DNA of 64,000 nucleotides, taken from Longimicrobiales bacterium. Its GTDB lineage: Bacteria > Gemmatimonadota > Gemmatimonadetes > Longimicrobiales > Gaopeijiaceae. This document shows, piece by piece, positions 27,429-36,986 of this stretch. The first letter of the stretch is position 1. Each line of letters opens with the position of its first letter. The notes under the pieces were generated by a model. It was not told the DNA's origin and did no database searches. It was given only the letters and a program-made list of their open reading frames with translations. The translations under genes and the position numbers were made by a program. Location: the NCBI GenBank assembly GCA_965226375.1, contig CBDDCX010000008.1, forward strand, positions 928,001-992,000, in the 5' to 3' direction.

Positions 27429-29515
27429 GCTTCTTCAAACTGGGCCGCCCCGTCCAGTTTCTGAAGGGTGTCGGCCCGGTCCGAGCCGAGGCGCTGGGCC
27501 GCATGGGGATCGTTACGGCCAGGGATCTCTTGTACCACGTGCCCCGCCGTTACGACGATGCGTCTACGGTCCAGCCGATCGCGGATCTGGCTGTGGGAGA
27601 AGATGTTACGGCGGTGGGCCGCATCAGGTCCAAGGGCGTTCTCCCCACGCGGAAGGGTCTGCGGATCTTCCAGGCCGTTCTCCAGGACGACTCCGGGATG
27701 ATCACCTGCGCGTGGCCGGGTCAGCCCTGGCTGGAGAGAAAGCTGCAGGAGGGGGACCTGCTTCTCGTGACCGGTCCGGTCAAGTTCTTCCACGGACGGC
27801 AACTGCGTCCTCGGGAGTTTACCGTACTGGCACGTGATGCGGACGAATCCCCCGCTGAGGGTGGCCAAGGGCACGTCTTCGTGACGTATCCCGCGAGCGA
27901 AGAGGTGCCTCAGTGGGTGCTCCGGGGACTCTTCGAGAAGAACCTTGACGTACTCCTCGGGGAGGTCCCGGAAGAGGAATACTTGACGGCCGCCGACCTG
28001 GGCGGTCTGCGCTTGCCGGGGCTCGGAGAGGCGCTGGAGGTGCTCCACCGACCGGTGTCCTTGGCGAGCGTGGAGTCGGCCCGCCGCCGGCTGGCCTTCG
28101 ACGAGCTCTTTTTTCTTCAGCTGGTTCAGGCTCAGGTGCGGTATCAGGAGTCGGTCCAGGCGCCTGGGATCGTGTTCCAGCGTACGAACGAGCTCATCCG
28201 CCCCCTTCACGAGTCATTGGTGTTCGAACTCACCGACGCTCAGGCGCAGGTCCTCAAGGAGATCTACGTCGACATGGGGTCCAGCCATCGCATGAACCGC
28301 ATGCTCCAAGGCGACGTCGGGTCGGGAAAGACCATCGTTGCGCTCTTCGCCATGCTGCTGGCTGTGGAGGGGGGCCACCAGGCGGTACTCATGGCCCCCA
28401 CCGAGCTGCTGGCCGAGCAGCACACGAGAAAGCTGGGAGAGCTGGTGGAGCCGTTGGGTCTCGACGTCCATCTGCTCACCGGGAGACTGGGCGCTGGGGA
28501 GCGCAAGACGATATTGGCCGCGCTCGCGGGCGGGAGCGCCCGTCTCATCGTGGGCACTCATGCGCTGATTCAGGACGCCGTGGAATTCGCCGATCTGGGC
28601 CTGGTCGTGGTGGACGAGCAACACCGTTTCGGCGTGCGTCAGAGGATGGCGCTCCGCGATCGAGACGTGCCCCCCGACACGCTCATCATGTCGGCCACGC
28701 CGATCCCTCGGTCCCTGGCCATGGCCATGTACGGTGATCTGGACCTGTCGATTCTCGGCGAGATGCCACCGGGCCGGAAGCCGGTGGAGACGCTCCTCCG
28801 CTATCCGAGCAAGCGGGACGAGGTGTACCGGTTCCTCGAGTCCGAGCTCGAGGCGGGCCGGCAGGCCTATGTGGTCTATCCGCTCGTAGAGGAGTCCGAA
28901 AAGGTGGATCTGCGCTCGGCCACCGACGAGCACGAGCGCCTGTCCAGCAAGGTCTTCCCGGACCGGAGTGTCGGGTTGATACACGGGCAGCTTCCCAGTG
29001 ACGAGAAGGATCGGGTCATGCGGGCGTTCCTCGCCGGCGACGTGGACATTCTGGTAGCCACCACGGTGATCGAGGTGGGAATCGACGTTCCCAACGCGAG
29101 CGTCATGGTCGTCGAGCACGCCGAGCGCTTCGGCTTATCACAGCTCCACCAGCTCCGCGGCCGGGTCGGCCGAGGGCCCTCGAAGAGCTACTGCATCCTC
29201 GTCGCCGAACCGGGAGAGTTGGCGGCCGAGCGGCTGAAGGTCCTCAGGGATACGTCGGACGGTTTTGCGGTGGCTCAGGCGGACCTGCGCATCCGGGGGC
29301 AGGGCGATCTGTTCGGCGCCCAGCAGCACGGTCGCGACGCGATCCTCAGATTCGCCGACCTCTCGAGGGACGAGGGGCTGCTCGTGGAGGCTCAGACGCG
29401 GGCCCGTGCGCTTGTAGAAACCGACCCCGAGCTGGAGGGCGAGAGCGTGACTCGTATCCGCGGCCTCATGGACGATCGTTACGCGGAGCGGCTGAAGCTC
29501 TTCTCGGTCGGTTAG
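27425..29515 (+). CDS. recG: ATP-dependent DNA helicase RecG
   Basis: QGDVGSGKT, DEQHRFGV, SATPIPR, QLHQLRGRVGRG. Confidence 0.97.
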   Translation: MSFFKLGRPVQFLKGVGPVRAEALGRMGIVTARDLLYHVPRRYDDASTVQPIADLAVGEDVTAVGRIRSKGVLPTRKGLRIFQAVLQDDSGMITCAWPGQPWLERKLQEGDLLLVTGPVKFFHGRQLRPREFTVLARDADESPAEGGQGHVFVTYPASEEVPQWVLRGLFEKNLDVLLGEVPEEEYLTAADLGGLRLPGLGEALEVLHRPVSLASVESARRRLAFDELFFLQLVQAQVRYQESVQAPGIVFQRTNELIRPLHESLVFELTDAQAQVLKEIYVDMGSSHRMNRMLQGDVGSGKTIVALFAMLLAVEGGHQAVLMAPTELLAEQHTRKLGELVEPLGLDVHLLTGRLGAGERKTILAALAGGSARLIVGTHALIQDAVEFADLGLVVVDEQHRFGVRQRMALRDRDVPPDTLIMSATPIPRSLAMAMYGDLDLSILGEMPPGRKPVETLLRYPSKRDEVYRFLESELEAGRQAYVVYPLVEESEKVDLRSATDEHERLSSKVFPDRSVGLIHGQLPSDEKDRVMRAFLAGDVDILVATTVIEVGIDVPNASVMVVEHAERFGLSQLHQLRGRVGRGPSKSYCILVAEPGELAAERLKVLRDTSDGFAVAQADLRIRGQGDLFGAQQHGRDAILRFADLSRDEGLLVEAQTRARALVETDPELEGESVTRIRGLMDDRYAERLKLFSVG

Positions 29516-29621
29516 GTCGGCTCGAGTCCCGCTCGCGTGTGTCTCCGTGGGCGGCGGTCGATTATCTTCGAGCTTCCAACACACCAACCTGCACACGTCA
29601 ACCCTTGGATATTCGAAGCAG

Positions 29622-30920
29622 ATGAGTCACGAGGCGATTACGGAGGTAGGCTCGTTACACGAGCACGTGGGAGAGATGGTAACGGTCCTCGGCTGGGCGG
29701 ACGCCACCCGAAGCCATGGCAAGGTGGGCTTCCTCGTACTACGTGACGGGACCGGGTTGGTACAGGGCGTCTTGCTCAAGAAGGATCTGTCCGAGGACAC
29801 GTGGGCGTTGCACGCGACCATCACCCAGGAGTCGACGGTCGCGCTCACCGGCGAGGTGCGGGAGGAGCCGCGTGCCCCGGGGGGATACGAAATCGGTGTG
29901 ACGGCCGTCGAATTGCTCGGGCTGTCGGAGGAATACCCGATTCAGCCCAAGGAACACGGTGTCGAGTTCCTACTGGACCATCGACACCTGTGGATCAGGT
30001 CCAGCCTGCAGCGGGCCGGCCTCCGAGTCCGTCACGAGATCGAGCACGCCATACACGCCTTCTTTTACAACCGCGACTTCGTCCGAATCGACACGCCGAT
30101 CCTTACGGGATCGATCGGGGAATCCGCGGGCACCCTGTTCGAGACCGACTACTTCGGCGAGTCCGCATATCTGGCCCAGACCGGCCAGCTCTACGTAGAA
30201 ACAGCGTGTCCCGCCTTCAAGAAGGTGTACTGCTTCGGCCCCACGTTCCGTGCCGAGAAGTCCAAGACGCGGAGGCACCTGACGGAGTTCTGGATGATCG
30301 AACCCGAGGTGGCATTCGCGGACTCGAACGACAACATGAGGCTCCAGGAGGAGTTCCTGTGCTACATCGTGGAGCGTGCGCTCGAGCGGTGTCAGGCGGA
30401 GTTGGAGATACTCGAACGGGATACGACCGAGCTCGAGACCGTTGCCTCTCCCTTCGCTCGGCTCTCCTATACCGACGCCATCGCGCTGCTCCAGGAGAAG
30501 GGAAGCGAGGTCGAATGGGGCGCCGACCTGGGCGCACCCGACGAGATGCTGCTGACCGAGCAGTTCGATCAACCCCTCTTCGTGTACGACTATCCCAAGG
30601 CGATCAAGGCGTTCTACATGAAGGAGAACCCGGACGACCCGCGGACCGTGCTGTCCAACGACCTGCTCGTGCGGGGGTACGGGGAGCTCATCGGCGGGAG
30701 CCAGCGGGAGGATGACCTGGATCGACTTCTGGCACGGATTCGCGAGGAGAAGCTTCCGGAGGAAGCGTACTCGTGGTACCTGGATCTGCGGCGGTACGGC
30801 ACGTTCGTGCATTCGGGGTTCGGTTTGGGGCTGGAGCGTACGGTGGCTTGGATCACGGGGCGGCATCACATACGAGAATTGATTCCGTTTCCGCGCATGA
30901 TGAATCGGTTGTCGCCTTGA
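29622..30920 (+). CDS. asnS: Asparagine--tRNA ligase
   Basis: OB-fold LRDGTG, FGPTFRAEKSKTRRHLTEFWM, GELIGGSQRE, HSGFGLGLER. Confidence 0.93.
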   Translation: MSHEAITEVGSLHEHVGEMVTVLGWADATRSHGKVGFLVLRDGTGLVQGVLLKKDLSEDTWALHATITQESTVALTGEVREEPRAPGGYEIGVTAVELLGLSEEYPIQPKEHGVEFLLDHRHLWIRSSLQRAGLRVRHEIEHAIHAFFYNRDFVRIDTPILTGSIGESAGTLFETDYFGESAYLAQTGQLYVETACPAFKKVYCFGPTFRAEKSKTRRHLTEFWMIEPEVAFADSNDNMRLQEEFLCYIVERALERCQAELEILERDTTELETVASPFARLSYTDAIALLQEKGSEVEWGADLGAPDEMLLTEQFDQPLFVYDYPKAIKAFYMKENPDDPRTVLSNDLLVRGYGELIGGSQREDDLDRLLARIREEKLPEEAYSWYLDLRRYGTFVHSGFGLGLERTVAWITGRHHIRELIPFPRMMNRLSP

Positions 30921-30931
30921 CCTGCGGGGCG

Positions 30932-31302
30932 GGGGGCGCGGTGTCGCGCCGTCCCGGGGCGGCTGCTCCCCGAGGGCCCGGCCCCGCCTCCTGCAGATGC
31001 CCCGGGACGGCGCGACACCACACCCCCGTACCAAGGTCGGGCTGTTCGAAGCGTTGGCATGCCGCTCGGAGACCGGGGTGGTCGGATGCCGCAGCCCGCG
31101 TCTGGGTGTTCGGGCGTTTGGCGTGGTAACACCATGAGCATCGCGAAAGCGGCAACCCGGCCGAGTATTCCCGCGCCAACGCCTAGGTCACCCACCCATG
31201 TCGTAGCAGGTGGCGCGTGAGGGTCGCTTCTCGGGGCATCTGCAGGCGGAAGGGCCGCGGGTGGGGAGCAGCCGCCCCGAGAAGCGACCCTCACGTGCCA
31301 CC
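30932..31302. repeat. Pair of divergently oriented long hairpin elements with a shared core, flanking two further stems
   Basis: 21-bp perfect stem 30940-30960/30999-31019; 29-bp stem 31209-31237/31274-31302 with one G-T; both carry CGGGGC-ATCTGCAGG...GGGGAGCAGCC-GCCCCG, on opposite strands. Confidence 0.85.
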
Positions 31303-31311
31303 AACTAGCCC

Positions 31312-32370
31312 ATGAACAAACTCGTCCTTGATATGAAGGACAAGAGGCCCGTTTGGGCGCGACCCGACTGGTTCGTCCCGCATCTGCGTGAGGCCATGCC
31401 GGACGACTGGGAGATCGTGGTCATCGAGGAGGACGCGGACGGGTCTGGTGACGGGTCCAGTCGGGCCAGTGCGGGGGTGCTCGAGGCGGTGCGAGACGCG
31501 AGGGTCTATCTGGCGTTCGGTATTGCGGCCGAGGTGTTGACGGAGGGATGGGACCTCGAGTGGGTCCATACGGGTGCGGCGGGGGTGGGTAAGTCGTTGA
31601 CCCCTGAGATGCTTGCCAGCCCGGTCCGCTTCACGAACTCCGCGGGGATCCATGCGATTCCGATGGCGGAGACGGTGTTGGGAATGATCCTGTACTTTGC
31701 TCGCGGTCTCGACTTCGCGGTCGCCGGCATGGCCGAGGGAAGGTGGAGCACCGACTCGTACTACGAGGCGGCCTCGCCCATTCGGGAGCTGTCGGAGAGC
31801 GTGGTCGGGATCATCGGGGTCGGGGGGATCGGGCGGGAGATCGCGCTGCGGGCTTGTGCGTTCGGGGCGAGGGTCATCGGGCTACGGCGGAGCCCGGTGC
31901 AGGGCGGTGAGCGCCCGTCGTGGGCGGATGAAACGCGAGGTGGCGACATCCGGGTGGTGTCCGGTGAGGTCGGCTTCCAGGAGTTGCTGTCGGAGAGTGA
32001 CTACGTGGTGGTTTCGGCGCCGGCGACCCCGGAGACCGAGGGGATCATCTCGAATGAGGCCATCGCGGCCATGCGGAGAGGGACGGTCTTGATCAACGTT
32101 TCTCGCGGCTCACTCGTGGATGAGGGCGCGCTGGTGGAGGCGTTGCAGTCCGGGCATTTGCGTGGGGCGGGATTGGATGTGTTCGCGCGTGAGCCTCTCG
32201 AGGAGGGACACGCTCTTTGGTCCCTGCCCAATGTTCTCGCGACTCCCCACGTGTCGGCGGTCACCAGGACGTTCTGGCGGCGGGAGGCGGACCTGATCAT
32301 CGAGAATTTCGGTCGCCTACTGGACGGAGAGCCCCTCCTCAACGAGGTCGATAAGGCGAGGGGTTACTAA
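31312..32370 (+). CDS. D-2-hydroxyacid dehydrogenase
   Basis: GVGGIG NAD-binding motif, INVSRG, LDVFAREP, TPHVS. Confidence 0.92.
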   Translation: MNKLVLDMKDKRPVWARPDWFVPHLREAMPDDWEIVVIEEDADGSGDGSSRASAGVLEAVRDARVYLAFGIAAEVLTEGWDLEWVHTGAAGVGKSLTPEMLASPVRFTNSAGIHAIPMAETVLGMILYFARGLDFAVAGMAEGRWSTDSYYEAASPIRELSESVVGIIGVGGIGREIALRACAFGARVIGLRRSPVQGGERPSWADETRGGDIRVVSGEVGFQELLSESDYVVVSAPATPETEGIISNEAIAAMRRGTVLINVSRGSLVDEGALVEALQSGHLRGAGLDVFAREPLEEGHALWSLPNVLATPHVSAVTRTFWRREADLIIENFGRLLDGEPLLNEVDKARGY

Positions 32371-33164
32371 AGTCCCTTGATCTCGTTCCAGATCGCGTCC
32401 AGTTCTTCCAGCGTCGCCTTCCCGAGAACTACGTTCCGTTCCGCCGCCACTGCTTCCAGGCGCTCGAATCGGCGGGTGAACTTGCGATTGGCGCGTTCGA
32501 GGGCCGTGGCCGAGTGACCTCCCGTGAGGCGGACGAGATTGACCATGGCGAACAGCAGGTCTCCCAACTCCTCCTCGAGCCGGTCCGGGCCCTCTTCTGC
32601 CATGGCCTGTTCGACCTCGGCGAGCTCTTCTCTCACCTTGTCGAGTGCCCCGGAGGCGTCGGGCCAGTCGAAGCCCACCCCGCTGACACGGTCCTGAATC
32701 CTGTGGGATCGGTGTAGCGGGTCCATGGCGTCCGGGAGGCCGGTCAGGACCGACGCGCCATCTTCTCGCTCGCGAGCCTTGAGGACCTCCCAGTCGACCT
32801 TCTCTCCGAGGCCGAACAGGTGTGGATGACGTTGCTTCATTTTTTCCTCGAGCCGTCGTGCGACGGACTCGGGAGTGAAGGCTCGGCGCTCCTCTCCCAG
32901 AACGATCTGAAACGCCAGATTGAGCAGCAGATCCCCCAGTTCTCCCTCCAGGTCCTCTTCACGCCCGCCGCGAATCGCGTCCACCACCTCGTGGCTCTCT
33001 TCGAGGAGGTGCGGAACGAGGCTCTCCGGCGTTTGCGCGCGATCCCAGGGGCAGTGTTCCCTGAGGAATCGGATCAGCACCAGAGCGCGATCGAGCTCTC
33101 CTGGCCCAAAGTCGGGCGGTGGTGGCGTCTCGTCTTCGGCGCTCATCATCGGATTGTCGCTCAT
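32367..33164 (-). CDS. mazG: Nucleoside triphosphate pyrophosphohydrolase MazG
   Basis: CPWDRAQT, two ELGDLL motifs, GFDW, ANRKFTRRF. Confidence 0.95.
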   Translation of the reverse strand: MSDNPMMSAEDETPPPPDFGPGELDRALVLIRFLREHCPWDRAQTPESLVPHLLEESHEVVDAIRGGREEDLEGELGDLLLNLAFQIVLGEERRAFTPESVARRLEEKMKQRHPHLFGLGEKVDWEVLKAREREDGASVLTGLPDAMDPLHRSHRIQDRVSGVGFDWPDASGALDKVREELAEVEQAMAEEGPDRLEEELGDLLFAMVNLVRLTGGHSATALERANRKFTRRFERLEAVAAERNVVLGKATLEELDAIWNEIKGL

Positions 33165-33218
33165 CTCTGGGGAAACGGACCTTGATCGAGGCTTATCTTT
33201 TCGCTTTTTTCTACGTCT

Positions 33219-34370
33219 ATGTCAACGGATGAGCAGGCCGTCGAGTGGGCGCCTGACCGGTCGTGGGTAGAGGTCAGAGCCGGGGCCCTTCGAAGCAACT
33301 TCCGCCGGATCAGGGAATCCGTCGGTGCCTCTACAGCCATCATGCCGATGGTGAAGGCCGATGCCTACGGTCTCGGGATGGAGTCGGTGGTGCAGGCGTT
33401 GGAGCCGGAGGCGCCGTGGGGTTACGGTGTGGCGACGGTGGCGGAAGGCGTTCGACTCCGCGCCGGCGGAGTGGCCAAGCCGATCGTGATCGTCAGCCCC
33501 CTTACGCCCGGGGACTACGACCAGGCGGTGGTGAGCGAGCTCACCCCGACCATATCGGAGTTGGACGCGATCGACCGACTGGCCGCGTCGGTGGAGAGGG
33601 TGGGGAGGCAGGCCCGCGTCCAAGTCGAGATCGACACGGGCATGGGTCGCTCCGGATTCGACTGGAGGAGGGTCAGCGAGTGGGGTCCGGCGTTGGTGGA
33701 GCGCCTGACTGATGGTCTGGTCTGGGAAGGCAGCTATACGCACTTCCACTCGGCCGACGTCGAGGGTGACGGCTCCACCGCTGAGCAGTGGCAGCGCTTC
33801 CGTGCGGCTATCGAGGCGCTGGGCGACGGCGGTGGCGGACTGGTTCACGCCTGTAACGGGGCGGCGGCCCTGCGGTATCCGTCTTTGGCGGCGGATGCGG
33901 TACGGCCGGGAATCTTCCTGTATGGCGGGGCCGTGGGCGAGGGAGTTCACCCTCCCGACGAGGTTGCGACGCTCCGGTCACGAGTGACGCTAATTCGGGA
34001 TGTGCCGGTCGGAACGACGCTGGGCTATGGCGCAACGTATCGGGCCAGCCGGGCGGAGCGTTGGGCGACTCTGGGAATCGGATACGGGGACGGTTTCCCT
34101 CGGGTCCTCGGAAATCGAGGGACTGTGCTCGTGGGAGGGCGACGCGTGCCCATCATCGGACGGATCTCGATGGACATGACGGTGGTAGACATCTCGGGCG
34201 TCGACGGCATCGTGGTCGGTGATACGGCTACCTTGATTGGATCGGATGGAGAGGCGCAGATCACGGTCGATGAGGTCGCGGCGTTGGCGGGCACGATCAG
34301 CTACGAGATCCTGACGGGCCTCACGAGCCGTCTCCCCCGGGTTTGGCAGTGGAAAGACGATGTTCGATAG
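33219..34370 (+). CDS. alr: Alanine racemase
   Basis: VKADAYG (PLP lysine), DTGMGR, RPGIFLYG, GRISMD, TISYEIL. Confidence 0.96.
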   Translation: MSTDEQAVEWAPDRSWVEVRAGALRSNFRRIRESVGASTAIMPMVKADAYGLGMESVVQALEPEAPWGYGVATVAEGVRLRAGGVAKPIVIVSPLTPGDYDQAVVSELTPTISELDAIDRLAASVERVGRQARVQVEIDTGMGRSGFDWRRVSEWGPALVERLTDGLVWEGSYTHFHSADVEGDGSTAEQWQRFRAAIEALGDGGGGLVHACNGAAALRYPSLAADAVRPGIFLYGGAVGEGVHPPDEVATLRSRVTLIRDVPVGTTLGYGATYRASRAERWATLGIGYGDGFPRVLGNRGTVLVGGRRVPIIGRISMDMTVVDISGVDGIVVGDTATLIGSDGEAQITVDEVAALAGTISYEILTGLTSRLPRVWQWKDDVR

Positions 34371-34433
34371 AGTACGGCCGGACATCGGGAGTTTTGTCTT
34401 ACCAAGAATGGATGAGAGTCCGAGGAATTCGGT

Positions 34434-35798
34434 TTGAAGCGATATTTGCAGACATATGGGGCCCTGTTCATCGTGTCCCTCTCAGGGTGCACGGAGCAGA
34501 ACCCGACCGCCTCGGTCGATGAGTTCGTCGGGGAGCTGAACCCGCGGACGGTAGAAGTTGTGCTGCCGTTCGAGGAGTTCGTGGACAGCGTGCAGATCCT
34601 TGGAGGCTACGGGACCTTGGCGACCCTGGGCCGTGGAGTCCTGGCGAACGACTTTCAAGGGCTGAATTCCAAAGTCTTGATTCGCTTCGGTACCTACCCG
34701 GACTCGGTGCGTCTTTTCGACTCCTCCACGGGCACCGTGACCTGGGACAAGGATCACTGGATCGTTGGCGGTCGCCTGGTCCTGTTCTTCGACACGATTC
34801 AGGGCGTGAACGCCGGCCCGGCCGACATCACGGCATCGGCTACCCAACAGGAGTGGGACGCGCGCACCGCCAACTGGGAAGCTGCGGTGGATGCGGCCGG
34901 GCAGCGCATGGAGTGGGTGCCGCCCGGGGGTGGATCCGCCGTGTACCTGGCGTCGGGCACCTACGATCGCCTGTTCGACCGCCCCGAGGGTGACACGTTA
35001 CCCTTCAACGACTCGCTGAGCATTGCATTGGATTCCGCGCAAATCGCTGCGTGGTCGGATCCTACGGATTCCTCGCGAGGTGTGCTGGTCAATCTCGATG
35101 ATCCGGGTCGCCGCATCATCCTGGAGGGAGCCCGCCTCAGGTTGACGGTGCAGCCCAGTATCGCCTTTCTCGCCGGTGAAGAGGTACTCGACACGTTGGT
35201 TGAGGAGACCGCCTTCGGTGGAGAGAGCACCTTCATCTATGATCCGCTCCCCGGGCCTCCCACGGAGGGACTGCGAGTAGGCGGAGCTCCGTCGTGGAGG
35301 ACGGTGTTGAGTCTCAATGTACCGAGGGTGCTCACCGGTCCCGCGGAGGTGTGCGCGATCGTCGACTGTCCCTTAGACCTCGCCGCTTCCGACGCCCAGT
35401 TGGGGTTGGCGGAGTTGTTGTTGACCACTCGGGAGACTCTTCCCGAGTATGAGTTGTTCGATACTCTGGCCGTCGATCTTCGAACCGTAGTCAGCCCGGA
35501 GCTCCTTCCCAAGTCTCCTCTGGGCGGTCAACTCGCTGGCGCCTTCGGCATAAGGGTCCGGCCGTCGATGTTCGGAGAAGACGCGGGTACGGAGATCGCC
35601 TTCCCGTTGACCGGTCTCATCGGTGGACTCATGCTCGGCGACTCCGCCACGGTCGCCTCAACCCCCAACACCATCGTTTTCCTCAGTGTGTCCGAGCCCG
35701 CCTCGTTGGGCTTCGCGTCGTTCCATGGGCCCGGGAGTCCCGATGCTCCCGCGCTGAGGTTGCTGTTGACTGTGGCCGGAAAGTTGAGGCTCCCATGA
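34434..35798 (+). CDS. Hypothetical lipoprotein
   Basis: Signal peptide with lipobox LSGC; beta-rich sequence; its stop overlaps the start of the next gene. Confidence 0.7.
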   Translation: MKRYLQTYGALFIVSLSGCTEQNPTASVDEFVGELNPRTVEVVLPFEEFVDSVQILGGYGTLATLGRGVLANDFQGLNSKVLIRFGTYPDSVRLFDSSTGTVTWDKDHWIVGGRLVLFFDTIQGVNAGPADITASATQQEWDARTANWEAAVDAAGQRMEWVPPGGGSAVYLASGTYDRLFDRPEGDTLPFNDSLSIALDSAQIAAWSDPTDSSRGVLVNLDDPGRRIILEGARLRLTVQPSIAFLAGEEVLDTLVEETAFGGESTFIYDPLPGPPTEGLRVGGAPSWRTVLSLNVPRVLTGPAEVCAIVDCPLDLAASDAQLGLAELLLTTRETLPEYELFDTLAVDLRTVVSPELLPKSPLGGQLAGAFGIRVRPSMFGEDAGTEIAFPLTGLIGGLMLGDSATVASTPNTIVFLSVSEPASLGFASFHGPGSPDAPALRLLLTVAGKLRLP

Positions 35799-36973
35799 GG
35801 CGTGCTTGGATCTTGATCGGCATGATGATGGGCCTGCCGAGCGTGGGTGTAGGACAGTCCATTCTCAGCACCGGAGGACTCGGCGTACGCAGCGAGCCCC
35901 TCGACGCTGTGCAGCGTGCTCTGGGAGGAGTCGGTCTGGCGGCGGGGACGGCCTCGGTTCTCCCGGGCGACCCCACGGCATCGCTCGATTTGTTGGCTCC
36001 CACGGTGACGTTCACGGCCCAGCCTGTCTGGGGCGACTACACCATCGGGTCCGAAGAAGGTGATTTCCAGGGTACTCGCTTTCCGATTCTCGGCTTCGCG
36101 TACCCCCTTGGTATCAGGAGCGTTCTGACGGTAAGCACGGGAAGCGTCTTCGATCAGCGATGGGGGGCCGTCACCGACGGTACGATCGAGGTGGCGGGGG
36201 ACTCGGTCCCGTTTAAGGACACGTTTTCCTCCGACGGCGGCGTGTCCACGGTGCGAGTCGGGTATGCGCGACGCCTCTCGGCCACTCTGGCGGTCGGTGG
36301 CTCCTTGGGGCTCTACAGGGGGCACGTCGATCGGAGCTTCGTCCGGAGCTTCGCCAGAGAGCTGGACAGCCTCGACATTGTAAACCGGATCTCTCCCTTC
36401 GCGCAGGCGGGAAGGTGGACCTATTCGGGGCCGGTGGCCTCCGTGAGCGCATCCTGGGATCCCACCGAGGTGGTGCAGCTTGGTGCGTCCCTCGGTTGGT
36501 CCGGACATATCACTGGTGAGCCGGTAGGCATTACGGTTGGCGGGCCGATCAAGGTGACTCCCCCCCTAGAGATCCGCCTGGCGGCCACGACAATTCTGAG
36601 CCCCAGCCTTTCGTTCACCGCGGGGTTTGCTACGGCGAACTGGTCCGATCTGGGGGAGCCCGTGTTCGATGAGCTCGCGGTCGGAAGAGTCACCTCGTAC
36701 GGTGCGGGTCTGCAGTGGCGGGTCCGGGACTTTTGGGCGGGCGCCTTGCCGGTACGCGTGGGATATCGGCACTCCCCGCTTCCATTCCTGTTCAGGGGAG
36801 AGCCTGCGGTGGAGAAAACGTTCTCGGGTGGATTCTCCGTCGTCATGGCCCAGGCGCTCGGCATTCCTTTGGCTACCGTGGATGCGGCCGTAGAGTTTGG
36901 AAGCCGCACCTCAGGTGAGTTGGACGAGACCTTCCGACGACTCACCTTCACGATTCGGGTCGGAGGCCGCTAA
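35795..36973 (+). CDS. Putative outer-membrane beta-barrel (FadL/OmpP1-like)
   Basis: Signal peptide, N-terminal hatch-like GLG...RALGGVG, alternating amphipathic strands. Confidence 0.65.
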   Translation: MRRAWILIGMMMGLPSVGVGQSILSTGGLGVRSEPLDAVQRALGGVGLAAGTASVLPGDPTASLDLLAPTVTFTAQPVWGDYTIGSEEGDFQGTRFPILGFAYPLGIRSVLTVSTGSVFDQRWGAVTDGTIEVAGDSVPFKDTFSSDGGVSTVRVGYARRLSATLAVGGSLGLYRGHVDRSFVRSFARELDSLDIVNRISPFAQAGRWTYSGPVASVSASWDPTEVVQLGASLGWSGHITGEPVGITVGGPIKVTPPLEIRLAATTILSPSLSFTAGFATANWSDLGEPVFDELAVGRVTSYGAGLQWRVRDFWAGALPVRVGYRHSPLPFLFRGEPAVEKTFSGGFSVVMAQALGIPLATVDAAVEFGSRTSGELDETFRRLTFTIRVGGR

Positions 36974-36986
36974 CGCGGCACGCGGC

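Noticed and set aside
31209..31302. SRP RNA (ffs)
   Set aside because: CAGG and AGCAGC are present, but the intervening short helix with a GNRA loop is not; the motif also occurs twice in inverted orientation
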